Positions 1-8,769 of a DNA stretch of 64,000 nt are shown here, piece by piece (position 1 is the first letter of the stretch; each line of letters begins with the position of its first letter). The position numbers and the translations under genes are program-made. The stretch is from a virus: positions 91,160-155,159 of the IMG/VR virus record IMGVR_UViG_3300032242_000550; one strand, given 5' to 3'. The notes under the pieces were generated by a model, which did not search any database, was not told the DNA's origin, and saw only the letters and a program-made list of their open reading frames with translations.

Positions 1-1
1 A

Positions 2-403
2 TTCCAATTACGATTTAACCCACCACAAAACTTTGCGGCTTATCGTCAAAGTGAATTGGATACAGCACGTATTAGTTCTTTTAGTGCTATTGAACAATAT
101 CCATATATAAGTAAGCGTTTTGCTTTAGAAAGATTCTTGGGATTAACTGAAGAAGAAATCAGTAAGAACGAGAAAATGTGGCGTGAAGAAAACGATAAAG
201 AGATTGAGGTTGAGCCACAAGGTAATGATTTACGTAGTATTGGTGTATCAGTGGGTGATATTGAAAGTGATACACAGACTGGTGAGGATATGAATGCCCC
301 TGAACCAGAAGAAGGTTTAGATAATATGGAAGTAGCCGGACCAGTTGGTACTGCTGGAAATACTCCTGGTGGAACGCCTGCCCCGGCTGGCAACGCAATG
401 TGA
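2..403 (+). CDS. gp20: Portal protein (T4 gp20-like), C-terminal fragment; gene begins before the window
   Basis: Frame is open from base 2 (FQLRFNPPQNFAAYRQSELDTARISSF...ISKRFALERFLGLTEEEI), resembling T4-like portal C-termini with an acidic tail; lies upstream of the gp21-gp22-gp23 block. Confidence 0.8.
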   Translation, partial: FQLRFNPPQNFAAYRQSELDTARISSFSAIEQYPYISKRFALERFLGLTEEEISKNEKMWREENDKEIEVEPQGNDLRSIGVSVGDIESDTQTGEDMNAPEPEEGLDNMEVAGPVGTAGNTPGGTPAPAGNAM

Positions 404-427
404 TAAATAACATATAGGAAATAAAAA

Positions 428-652
428 ATGCGACTTATGGAAATGTTCACACCAGCTATTGAAGGTTATCAAGATGTAGAGTCTGATAACAGTAAACCAA
501 AGTGGCGTGAAAGTCGTAAAACTAAATTAACATTACGTCAAATTCGTAAATTACGTAAAATGAATGATGTTAGAAATTATGAAAAGGCTAGTTATCTTAA
601 AAAGATACATGCACAATATAGTCAGCCAAAAGCCGATCAACCACAACTATAA
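428..652 (+). CDS. Small basic head-module protein (possible prohead core component), 74 aa
   Basis: AGGA RBS and GATAAATA at 402-409; basic RKTKLTLRQIRKLRK stretch; position between portal and protease genes. Confidence 0.6.
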   Translation: MRLMEMFTPAIEGYQDVESDNSKPKWRESRKTKLTLRQIRKLRKMNDVRNYEKASYLKKIHAQYSQPKADQPQL

Positions 653-722
653 AATAAAAATCTCTTATTCTAGGCAAAAGTGTAAAAAAACAGCAGTTAA
701 TGTGCTGTTTTTCCATATGTGC

Positions 723-730
723 TATAAATA
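723..730 (+). promoter_or_regulatory. T4-type late promoter TATAAATA
   Basis: Exact T4 late consensus, intergenic, upstream of the core/protease/scaffold/capsid operon. Confidence 0.8.
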
Positions 731-765
731 ACTCTACAAAGCCATTTACTTTAGGAGAATATTCA

Positions 766-1611
766 ATGGATAATAAAAAATTTGAACAACTTATTGATTT
801 GATTATCAATGAGAATGAAGAACAAGCACGTGCATTATTTCACGATATCGTAGTTGAGAAAAGCCGCGAAATCTATGAATCAATGATGGACGAAGATGAC
901 ATGATGAATCAGCCATCTGGTCAAGTAGAAGATTTATTAGATGAAATCGGCAGCGAAGAACAAGGCATGGCTGAAGGCGAAGATGAAGAATTTGATATTG
1001 CTGACATGGATGACGACGGTGAAGAATCTGTTGACATTGATATGGACAGTGAAGAAGGTGGCGAAGAAGGTTTAGAAGACCGTGTTGTTGACCTAGAAGA
1101 TAAATTAGACCAATTAATGGCTGAGTTTGAAGAAATCATGGGTGGTGAAGATCACATGGGCGGCGAAGAAGGCGACATGGATGACATGGACAGCGAAGAA
1201 GGCGACATGGATGACATGGACAGTGAAGATGATGACATGGAAGAAGCAATGATGGAAGCTATCAATTTGAAGCAAGTTCCAGGATTGTATGGTTCTAAAA
1301 TTGGCGGTGACAATGGCGCACAAGCAAAAAGCCCAACATTAGTAAACAGCGGTCAAGCTGGAATGGATTCAAAGCCAGTAAAATTTAGTGGTGCAAGTGA
1401 ATCAGTTCCAACAAGTCCAAAAGGACCAACTAATGCATATGCAAAAGGTGAAACACAAGTTAAAGGTGCAGGATCATTTAAAAATAGTCCAGCACAAACT
1501 AAGCAAGACTTAGAAAAGGCACCAGCCCCAACTAAGACACAAGCTAGTGGTGTAAACACAAAAAGCCCAGTAGCAGAGTCACGTAAGGCTCCTACTAAAA
1601 GACGTATTTAA
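766..1611 (+). CDS. Highly acidic prohead core protein (gp67/gp68-type position)
   Basis: Start reassigned to ATG 766, which follows a TAGGAG RBS; D/E/M-rich middle; directly upstream of the prohead protease. Confidence 0.65.
   Translation: MDNKKFEQLIDLIINENEEQARALFHDIVVEKSREIYESMMDEDDMMNQPSGQVEDLLDEIGSEEQGMAEGEDEEFDIADMDDDGEESVDIDMDSEEGGEEGLEDRVVDLEDKLDQLMAEFEEIMGGEDHMGGEEGDMDDMDSEEGDMDDMDSEDDDMEEAMMEAINLKQVPGLYGSKIGGDNGAQAKSPTLVNSGQAGMDSKPVKFSGASESVPTSPKGPTNAYAKGETQVKGAGSFKNSPAQTKQDLEKAPAPTKTQASGVNTKSPVAESRKAPTKRRI
1165..1224 (+). repeat. 2 x 30-bp tandem repeat coding EEGDMDDMDS
   Basis: GAAGAAGGCGACATGGATGACATGGACAG(C/T) at 1165-1194 and 1195-1224. Confidence 0.9.
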
Positions 1612-1625
1612 GGAATCTGAGAGCA

Positions 1626-2270
1626 ATGGCTTTGTATCTCAAGGAGCATCTGACATTTGACCGAGCCGGTATGGTTGTTGAAAGTGTCAGTGAAGGCGAC
1701 AAGAAGAACCTTTATATGAAGGGTATCTTCATTCAGGGTGGGGTAAAAAACGCAAATGAGCGTGTTTACCCTGTTTCTGAAATTGAAACTGCCGTGCAAA
1801 CTCTAAATGAACAAATCACAGGTGGCTATTCAGTATTAGGTGAAGTAGATCACCCAGATGACTTAAAAATTAACTTAGACCGTGTATCACATATGATTAC
1901 TAGCATGTGGATGGATGGTGCTAATGGCTATGGCAAATTAAAGATTTTACCAACTCCAATGGGTGAATTAGTTAAGACTATGTTGGAGAGTGGTGTGAAA
2001 CTCGGCGTTTCAAGTCGTGGTAGCGGTAACGTGAATGACTTAGACGGTAAGGTCAGTGACTTTGAAATAGTCACTGTGGATATTGTCGCACAACCTAGTG
2101 CACCCAATGCTTATCCTAAAGCAATATATGAAGGCATGATGAATATGCGTCATGGTCATAAATTGTTGGATATCGCAAAAGATGCACAGAGCGACAAGAA
2201 GGTACAGAGATACCTGAAAGATGAAGTGGTTCGTCTTATCAAGGATCTCAAAATTAATAAAGGGGATTAA
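1626..2270 (+). CDS. gp21: Prohead core protease (T4 gp21-like)
   Basis: Motifs KGIFIQ..KNANERVYP, LGEVDHP, LDRVSH, GVSSRGSG and DIVAQPSAPNAY are typical of gp21. Confidence 0.95.
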   Translation: MALYLKEHLTFDRAGMVVESVSEGDKKNLYMKGIFIQGGVKNANERVYPVSEIETAVQTLNEQITGGYSVLGEVDHPDDLKINLDRVSHMITSMWMDGANGYGKLKILPTPMGELVKTMLESGVKLGVSSRGSGNVNDLDGKVSDFEIVTVDIVAQPSAPNAYPKAIYEGMMNMRHGHKLLDIAKDAQSDKKVQRYLKDEVVRLIKDLKINKGD

Positions 2271-2272
2271 GC

Positions 2273-3373
2273 ATGTTAGATGCTATCAAACCATTACTTG
2301 AGAGTGGATTAATCAACGAAGAAACTGGTGTCGCTATAAACGAGGCATGGGAATCTAAATTGAATGAGGCTCGTGAGCAAGTACGTGCAGAATTACGTGA
2401 AGAATTCGCACAACGTTATGAACATGACAGATACGTGATGGTAGAAGCCCTTGATAAAATGGTCAGTGAAGGACTAAAGTCTGAAATTGAAGAATTTCAA
2501 TCTGAACGTCAGGCAATGAACGAAGACCGTGTAGTAGCGCAACAAAAATTGCGTGAAAGTGCTACAAAATTCAATGATTTCATGGTTACTAAACTAGCTG
2601 AAGAAATTAAAGAACTACGTAGTGAGCGTAAATTACAAATGGAAAGTCAGCAAAAACTAGAACAATTTATTGTTCATGCACTTGCACGTGAAATTAAAGA
2701 ATTCACACAAGACAAACAGGCTGTAGTTGAAGCAAAGGTTAAGTTAGTTGCAGAAGGTCGTAAACAACTTGAAGCATTGAAAGCACGTTTTGTTGCTGAA
2801 TCTGCTAAGAGATTGACTACGGTCGTTGCTAGCCAACTCAAAGGTGAATTAGGTCAATTAAAAGAAGATATCAAGATCGCTAGAGAAAATAGCTTTGGTC
2901 GTCGTATCTTTGAAAGCTTTGCAAGTGAATTCAGCGTCACTCACTTAAGTGAGAAAGCAGAAACTCGCAAACTAATGACTCAGCTAGATGAAAAAGATAA
3001 AAAACTAGCCGAATCCATCAATACAATCAATAACGCTAAGAAGTTGATTGAAAGTAAAGAACGTGAAGTTCGTATTATTAAAGAATCTAATCTACGTGAA
3101 AAAACAATGAGCGAATTACTCGCCACATTGAACGAAGAAAAGGCTGTAGTAATGCAGAACTTACTAGAAAGCGTCCAGACACCACGTCTACAAGCCGCTT
3201 TCGATAAGTATCTTCCAGCAGTTCTTAATAACGGTGTTGTTAAACCAGCTACTAAAGCTAAATTAACAGAATCCGTTATCGTAGAAGCAACTGGGGATAA
3301 AGCTGCCAAACAAGAAGTTGATATGGAACAACGTGATAACGTTATAGATATCAAGCGTCTGGCAGGGCTTTAA
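2273..3373 (+). CDS. gp22: Prohead scaffolding protein (T4 gp22-like)
   Basis: Long E/K-rich coiled coil between the protease and capsid genes. Confidence 0.85.
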   Translation: MLDAIKPLLESGLINEETGVAINEAWESKLNEAREQVRAELREEFAQRYEHDRYVMVEALDKMVSEGLKSEIEEFQSERQAMNEDRVVAQQKLRESATKFNDFMVTKLAEEIKELRSERKLQMESQQKLEQFIVHALAREIKEFTQDKQAVVEAKVKLVAEGRKQLEALKARFVAESAKRLTTVVASQLKGELGQLKEDIKIARENSFGRRIFESFASEFSVTHLSEKAETRKLMTQLDEKDKKLAESINTINNAKKLIESKEREVRIIKESNLREKTMSELLATLNEEKAVVMQNLLESVQTPRLQAAFDKYLPAVLNNGVVKPATKAKLTESVIVEATGDKAAKQEVDMEQRDNVIDIKRLAGL

Positions 3374-3402
3374 TTAAAGACATAATTTAGGAGAAATATA
3401 AA

Positions 3403-4599
3403 ATGTCAAAAGTACTCTTAGAAAGCCGTTGGGACGAGACCAAAGAAGCTCTGTTAGAAGGCTTAAAAGGAACTCGCCGTTCAACAATGGGTGTTATTTT
3501 AGAAAACACCAAAAAACAGTTACTAGCTGAAAGTTCAGCCGGTACTACAACAGCTGGTAATATCGCTACACTAAACCGTGTGATTCTTCCAGTTATCCGT
3601 CGTGTCATGCCAACAGTTATCGCTAACGAGTTGGTTGGTGTACAACCAATGACAGGACCAGTTGGTCAGATTCATACATTACGTGTGCGTTATGCTCAAT
3701 CATTAACAGACACAAGTGCTGCTCAAACTAGCGTTACAGCTGGTCAAGAAGCATTGAGTCCATTCTTGATTGCTCAGGCATATTCACGTACTCCATATGG
3801 TACTGATTCTTCAACAAGCTATACTGCTAACGATACTGCTGCCCTAGAAGGCAACGGTGGTAAGCAAATCAGCGTACAAATCTTGCGTCAGGCTGTTGAA
3901 GCTAAGTCACGTAAGTTGCAAGCACGTTGGACATTTGAGGCAGCACAAGATGCACAGTCTCAACATGGTATTGACGTTGAAGCAGAAATCATGGCAGCTC
4001 TTGCACAAGAGATTACTGCTGAGATTGACCAAGAGATTCTATTGTCATTACGTACATTAGCATCTACAGAGTATACATACAACCAAGCTACTGTATCTGG
4101 TACAGCTACTTATGTTGGTGACGAACACGCTGCTTTAGCTGTTCTTATCAACCGTGTCGCTAACTTGATCGCACAACGCACACGTCGTGGTGCTGGTAAC
4201 TGGGCTGTTGTATCTAGTGCTGCATTGACAGTATTGCAATCTGCAACTACTAGTGCTTTCGCACGTACTACAGAAGGTACATTTGAAGCTCCAACTAACA
4301 CTAAGTTCGTTGGTACATTGAATGGCGCTATGCGTGTTTTCGTTGACAGTTATGCTCCTGATACTACACCAGTATTGGTTGGCTATAAAGGTTCTAGTGA
4401 AACTGATGCAGCCGCATTCTATTGCCCATACATTCCATTGATGAGTAGTGGTGTTGTTCTAGATCCATCTAGTTTCGAACCAGTCGTATCATTTATGACA
4501 AGGTATGGCTACATCGAATTAACGAATACGGCCTCAAGTTTCGGGAATGCCGCGGACTACGTTGGGGAAATTGCAGTATCGAACCTTACGTTCCAATAA
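3403..4599 (+). CDS. gp23: Major capsid protein (T4 gp23-like), 398 aa
   Basis: Motifs LVGVQPMTGPVGQI, KSRKLQARWTFEAAQD, AEIDQEIL, TRRGAGN, AAFYCPYIPL, FMTRYG; strongly optimised codons; AGGAG RBS. Confidence 0.97.
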   Translation: MSKVLLESRWDETKEALLEGLKGTRRSTMGVILENTKKQLLAESSAGTTTAGNIATLNRVILPVIRRVMPTVIANELVGVQPMTGPVGQIHTLRVRYAQSLTDTSAAQTSVTAGQEALSPFLIAQAYSRTPYGTDSSTSYTANDTAALEGNGGKQISVQILRQAVEAKSRKLQARWTFEAAQDAQSQHGIDVEAEIMAALAQEITAEIDQEILLSLRTLASTEYTYNQATVSGTATYVGDEHAALAVLINRVANLIAQRTRRGAGNWAVVSSAALTVLQSATTSAFARTTEGTFEAPTNTKFVGTLNGAMRVFVDSYAPDTTPVLVGYKGSSETDAAAFYCPYIPLMSSGVVLDPSSFEPVVSFMTRYGYIELTNTASSFGNAADYVGEIAVSNLTFQ

Positions 4600-4603
4600 A
4601 ATT

Positions 4604-4692
4604 TCACTTTTCAGTGATATATTGAATGTAATTCAAAATCAAAATTGGGCACCTAGGTGCCCTTTTTTGTATCTTAAATCACTGAAAAGTGA
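4604..4692. repeat. 15-bp perfect inverted repeat (TCACTTTTCAGTGAT / ATCACTGAAAAGTGA), each arm itself a TCACT-N4-AGTGA palindrome
   Basis: Arms at 4604-4618 and 4678-4692 enclose the capsid-gene terminator. Confidence 0.85.
4647..4668 (+). terminator. Rho-independent terminator after the major capsid gene
   Basis: GGGCAC-CTAG-GTGCCC followed by a T6 run. Confidence 0.85.
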
Positions 4693-4699
4693 TATTCTG

Positions 4700-4707
4700 T
4701 ATAAATA
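4700..4707 (+). promoter_or_regulatory. Late promoter TATAAATA of the HNH endonuclease gene
   Basis: Exact consensus, 5 nt before ATG 4713. Confidence 0.75.
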
Positions 4708-4712
4708 CTATT

Positions 4713-5489
4713 ATGCTAACAAACAAATATTCTAAAACTTATTTTGCTATAACCTCTAATGCTAGACACCGCATTACTGAGGGCTATACAGAACTACATC
4801 ATATCATACCTCAATCAATGGGCGGCAGTAATGACAAAGAAAATCTAGTAGAACTAACAGCAAGAGAACATTTCATATGTCATTGGTTGTTAATTAAAAT
4901 GACAACAGGTGAAGATAGAAGTAAAATGTTATATGCACTCAATGGAATGAGAGCAGAGAATAGATATCAACAAAGATATCATACAAAAATCACAGCAAGA
5001 GTATATGAGAAGTATAGAATAGAACACGCAGAGAATCATAGTAAAAGAATGAAATCTAAAAACCTTGTGCCATGGAATAAAGGCGGTGGAAAATTAACAG
5101 AAGAACAACTAGAAAATGTTCGATATGCCGCTAGAAATAGAAAAATAGATCCAATCAAACAAGCTGAAGGGCAACAAAAAAGAATAGCAAAGATGGTAGG
5201 ACAAAAAAGAACTGATGAGACTAAAAGATTAATGTCATTGGCATCAAAAGGTAAACCTAAAGGTCCTATGAGTGAAGAACAAAAACAAATACGGTCAGAT
5301 AAACAAAAGGGTGTACCTAAACCGAAAGGCTTTGGGGATAAAGTTGCTGAAAGAATGAAGAAATCATTTTCTGAAAACAATCCTAACAAAAGACCTGACT
5401 TACAAAAGATATGTGAACACTGTGGTAAGACTGTAGGACCAAGTAACTATACAAGATGGCACGGAGACAATTGTAAGCAAAAAGCATAA
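4713..5489 (+). mobile_element. Free-standing HNH homing endonuclease with NUMOD3-like basic repeats
   Basis: ELHHIIPQSMGGSNDKENLVELTAREHFICH HNH core; repeats such as RTDETKRLMS and MSEEQKQIRS; C-terminal CEHC; start placed at ATG 4713. Confidence 0.88.
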
Positions 5490-5524
5490 ATACAATATCT
5501 CAATGGGATGGGAAGAATACAATC

Positions 5525-5548
5525 AAGCACTATTCGTAGTGCTTTTTT
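5525..5548 (+). terminator. Rho-independent terminator with TTCG loop
   Basis: AAGCACTA-TTCG-TAGTGCTT then T run. Confidence 0.85.
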
Positions 5549-5592
5549 GTTATATATACTATTTTGATAAATATATTAAAGGGTAATATATT

Positions 5593-6510
5593 ATGGATTT
5601 TACTGGTGGTATAACAGTTAGTGGTGGATTGAGTGTAACTAGACAACCTCCTCCTACACAAAAAGCTATATTTGGATATGGCTTTGCCGGTGGTAATCAG
5701 TCATTGACCAATTTAGTAAGTGACACCGGTGTAGTTGCTACTGATACTGCAGGTGTGGGCACTGCTAGATACGATCTAGCAGCCACTGGTTATGGAACAG
5801 GTACTGCTATGTTTGGATACGGTCAAAATGTTAATGGTGGATCCAGTTATCTTTCACTGACCAATCTAGTATCAACTACAGGTGTTGTTGCTACTGATAC
5901 TACAGGTGTTGGTACTGCTAGATACTCATTAGCAGGTACAATGTATGGAACCGACAAAGGTATATTTGGATATGGGCGCAATTCAGGTAGTGTATCAATG
6001 ACCAACTTAGTAAGTAATACAGGTGTAGTAGCTACAGATACAACAGGTGTCGGTACTGCTAGAAATTACCTTGCGGCCGCAGGCTATGGTGTTGACAAAG
6101 CTATTTTTGGATATGGAAATGGCGGCAGCGGTGTGACTAATTTGGTATCAAACACCGGTGTAGTTGCTACTGATACAGCACCCGTTGGTACTAATAGATA
6201 TGCATTAGCAGCCGCTGGTTATGGCACTGATAAGGCTATATTTGGATATGGAAATAATTTTTCAAGCGATGTGTCAGTAACCAATAAAGTATCAAATACT
6301 GGTGTAGTTGCTAGTGATACCACAGGTGTAGGAACAGCAAGAAGTTATCTAGCGGCTGCAGGCTATGGATCCGATAAAGCGATTTTTAGCTATGGTAGTG
6401 GTGGAAATAAAACCAATCTAGTAAGTAATACCGGTGTAGTTGCTAGTGATACAACAGGTGTTGGTACTTTTAGGGCTCAGCTGGCAGCTGTAAGCTTTAC
6501 TGGACAATAA
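5593..6510 (+). CDS. Six-bladed Kelch-like beta-propeller protein, family A, copy 1
   Basis: Six ~47-aa repeats AIFGYG-x(n)-TNLVSNTGVVATDTTGVGTAR-xx-LAAAGYGTDK; GATAAATA at 5566-5573. The propeller fold is inferred from repeat length, number and motif spacing. Confidence 0.7.
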   Translation: MDFTGGITVSGGLSVTRQPPPTQKAIFGYGFAGGNQSLTNLVSDTGVVATDTAGVGTARYDLAATGYGTGTAMFGYGQNVNGGSSYLSLTNLVSTTGVVATDTTGVGTARYSLAGTMYGTDKGIFGYGRNSGSVSMTNLVSNTGVVATDTTGVGTARNYLAAAGYGVDKAIFGYGNGGSGVTNLVSNTGVVATDTAPVGTNRYALAAAGYGTDKAIFGYGNNFSSDVSVTNKVSNTGVVASDTTGVGTARSYLAAAGYGSDKAIFSYGSGGNKTNLVSNTGVVASDTTGVGTFRAQLAAVSFTGQ

Positions 6511-6523
6511 TTTCACTCAAAAC

Positions 6524-6547
6524 AAAAGGCTTTACTGAGCCTTTTTT
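6524..6547 (+). terminator. Terminator between propeller cassettes
   Basis: AAAAGGCT-TTACTG-AGCCTTTT-TT; near-identical hairpin at 9456-9479; GATAAATA follows at 6555-6562. Confidence 0.8.
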
Positions 6548-6582
6548 GTTATCTGATAAATATGTTATAGGAATAATATATT

Positions 6583-7521
6583 ATGGCAGACATGACATTT
6601 ACAGGTGGTATAACGTTTACTGGTGGGTTTAGTATAGTCAAACCTCCACCTTCGTATCTTGCATATGCTATTTTTGGATATGGAACCGGAGCATCTGACT
6701 ATTCAATAACCAACCTAGTAAGTAACACAGGTGTAGTTGCCGCAGATACTACAGGGGTTGGTACTGTTAGAAGTCAACTTGCAGCCGCAAATTACGGCAC
6801 AGATAAAGCTATATTTGGGTATGGATACACAACTACCTATGTATCAATGACCAACAAAGTATCAAATACAGGGGTTGTGTCTATAGATACTACAGGGGTA
6901 GGCACTGCTAGAGCAGTTTTAGCAGCCGCTGGGTATGGCACAGATAAAGGTATCTTTGGATATGGGTCCAATGGCGGAGGGCAAACAGCCGTAACCAATC
7001 TAGTATCTAACACAGGAGTAGTAGCCACCGATACTACAGGTGTTGGTACTGCCAGAGAACAACTAGCGGCATCAGGTTATGGAACTGATAAAGCTATTTT
7101 TGGATATGGATACAATGGATCCGCTGGAGTTTCAACGACCAACTTAGTATCAAACACGGGTGTAGTTGCAGCAGATACTACAGGTGTGGGTACTGCTAGA
7201 CTTGGTCTAGCAGCCGCCGGTTATGGTAATTCCGGTCAAGCTATTTTTGGATATGGAAATGGTAATAAATCAATGACCAATTTAGTAAGTAATACAGGAG
7301 TTGTTGCCACAGATACTACCGGAGTTGGTACCGGTAGAAATGGATTAGCAGCCGCAACTTATGGTACAAATAAAGCTATTTTTGGTTATGGATACAATAG
7401 TAGTCTAGGTGTAGTTTCAATAACTAATCTAGTAAGTAATACAGGTGTAGTAGCTACTGATACTACAGGTGTAGGTACTAGTAGATATCTTCTTGCAGCC
7501 GCAAGTTACGGATCCATATGA
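6583..7521 (+). CDS. Kelch-like propeller family A, copy 2
   Basis: Same six-repeat scaffold; N-terminus MADMTFTGGITFTGGFSIVKPPP. Confidence 0.7.
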   Translation: MADMTFTGGITFTGGFSIVKPPPSYLAYAIFGYGTGASDYSITNLVSNTGVVAADTTGVGTVRSQLAAANYGTDKAIFGYGYTTTYVSMTNKVSNTGVVSIDTTGVGTARAVLAAAGYGTDKGIFGYGSNGGGQTAVTNLVSNTGVVATDTTGVGTAREQLAASGYGTDKAIFGYGYNGSAGVSTTNLVSNTGVVAADTTGVGTARLGLAAAGYGNSGQAIFGYGNGNKSMTNLVSNTGVVATDTTGVGTGRNGLAAATYGTNKAIFGYGYNSSLGVVSITNLVSNTGVVATDTTGVGTSRYLLAAASYGSI

Positions 7522-7567
7522 TTTAAAAGATTTAGACATAAATACATTTACTATAAAGGAAAATATC

Positions 7568-7783
7568 ATGATAGATTTAGAGAACATGCCTGCTCCAACA
7601 GAAGAAGAAATTGCACAAGCAAGACTTAATGCATTGAATGCAGATCGTCCAGATTCATGGACATGGGATGAAGCATCAACCTCATATGTTGCGCCAGTAA
7701 GTGTACCAGATGATGGTTATCCATATTTATGGGATGAAGCATCAACTAGTTGGGTACCATTCCCAGATTTCCCTAGAGAATAA
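7568..7783 (+). CDS. Small WDE-motif protein (fibre-assembly-chaperone-like), 71 aa
   Basis: Start reassigned to ATG 7568 after AAGGA; two WDEASTS motifs (18-bp DNA repeat at 7663 and 7729); resembles the C-terminal half of the proteins at 12326 and 36182. Confidence 0.55.
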   Translation: MIDLENMPAPTEEEIAQARLNALNADRPDSWTWDEASTSYVAPVSVPDDGYPYLWDEASTSWVPFPDFPRE

Positions 7784-7788
7784 ATCTA

Positions 7789-8709
7789 ATGGATTTTATT
7801 GGTGGAATAACTGTTAGTGGTGGATTGAGTGTAACAGCGCAACCGCCACCCTCAAGCAAGGCTATATTTGGTTACGGAGGAGGTTATTTATCAATAACCA
7901 ATCTAGTAAGCACATCAGGTATAGTTGCTAATGATACCGCAGGTGTAGGTACTGCTAGAACTGAGTTAGCAGCTGCCGGATACGGTACAGATAAAGCTAT
8001 CTTTGGATATGGTGAAAATAACGGACCACAGTCAATGACAAATAAAGTATCAAATACTGGTGTTGTTGCCACTGATACAACAGGTGTTGGTACTGCTAGA
8101 TGGGCACTTGCAGCCGCAGGATACGGCACTGATAAGGCTATTTTTGGATATGGCTGGAACAATTATGCTACTCAGATGTATGCCTTAACCAACAAAGTAT
8201 CAAATACAGGTGTAGTTGCTACTGACACAGGTGGTGTAGGTACTATCAGAACTGCACTAGCAGCCGCAACTTATGGAACTGATAAAGCTATATTTGGATA
8301 TGGATACAATAACTATTCTTCTACTATATATTCTCTGACTAATTTAGTATCAAACACTGGTGTTGTTGCCACTGATACTAGTGGTGTCGGTACTGCTAGA
8401 TATCAAATTGCGGCGGCTGGTTACGGCAGTGATAAAGCTATATTTGGATATGGAACTACTGGCGCATCAACAGCAATAACCAACAAAGTATCAAATACAG
8501 GAGTTGTTGCGAGTGATACAACAGGTGTCGGTACTGCTAGGCCAGGACTAGCGGCTGCTGGCTATGGGGTTGATACTGCTATATTTGGATATGGTGGTAA
8601 TCCTGGTCCAACTAACTTAGTATCAAATACAGGTGTAGTTGCGACTGATACTACACGTGTTGGTACGTCAAGAACCGGTCTAGCAGCAGCAAGTTACGGG
8701 CTAGCATAA
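7789..8709 (+). CDS. Kelch-like propeller family A, copy 3
   Basis: Six repeats; N-terminus nearly identical to copy 1. Confidence 0.7.
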   Translation: MDFIGGITVSGGLSVTAQPPPSSKAIFGYGGGYLSITNLVSTSGIVANDTAGVGTARTELAAAGYGTDKAIFGYGENNGPQSMTNKVSNTGVVATDTTGVGTARWALAAAGYGTDKAIFGYGWNNYATQMYALTNKVSNTGVVATDTGGVGTIRTALAAATYGTDKAIFGYGYNNYSSTIYSLTNLVSNTGVVATDTSGVGTARYQIAAAGYGSDKAIFGYGTTGASTAITNKVSNTGVVASDTTGVGTARPGLAAAGYGVDTAIFGYGGNPGPTNLVSNTGVVATDTTRVGTSRTGLAAASYGLA

Positions 8710-8769
8710 ATTTTTACTAGTCCTATAAATCTATTAAATATCTCTATACACAACCTATAGAGAGATATT

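Noticed and set aside
46-450. Minus-strand ORFs over the portal and head genes (46-450, 921-1139, 2980-3354)
   Set aside because: They are antisense to well-supported head genes, and their composition mirrors the sense-strand codon bias
700-765. ORF-track upstream starts at 700, 4689, 7493, 58959 and 59911
   Set aside because: These extensions cross promoters or upstream genes; better starts with an RBS or motif support are 766, 4713, 7568, 58980 and 60094
5503-5586. 27-aa ORF MGWEEYNQALF... after the HNH gene
   Set aside because: No RBS, and it runs through a strong terminator and the next promoter
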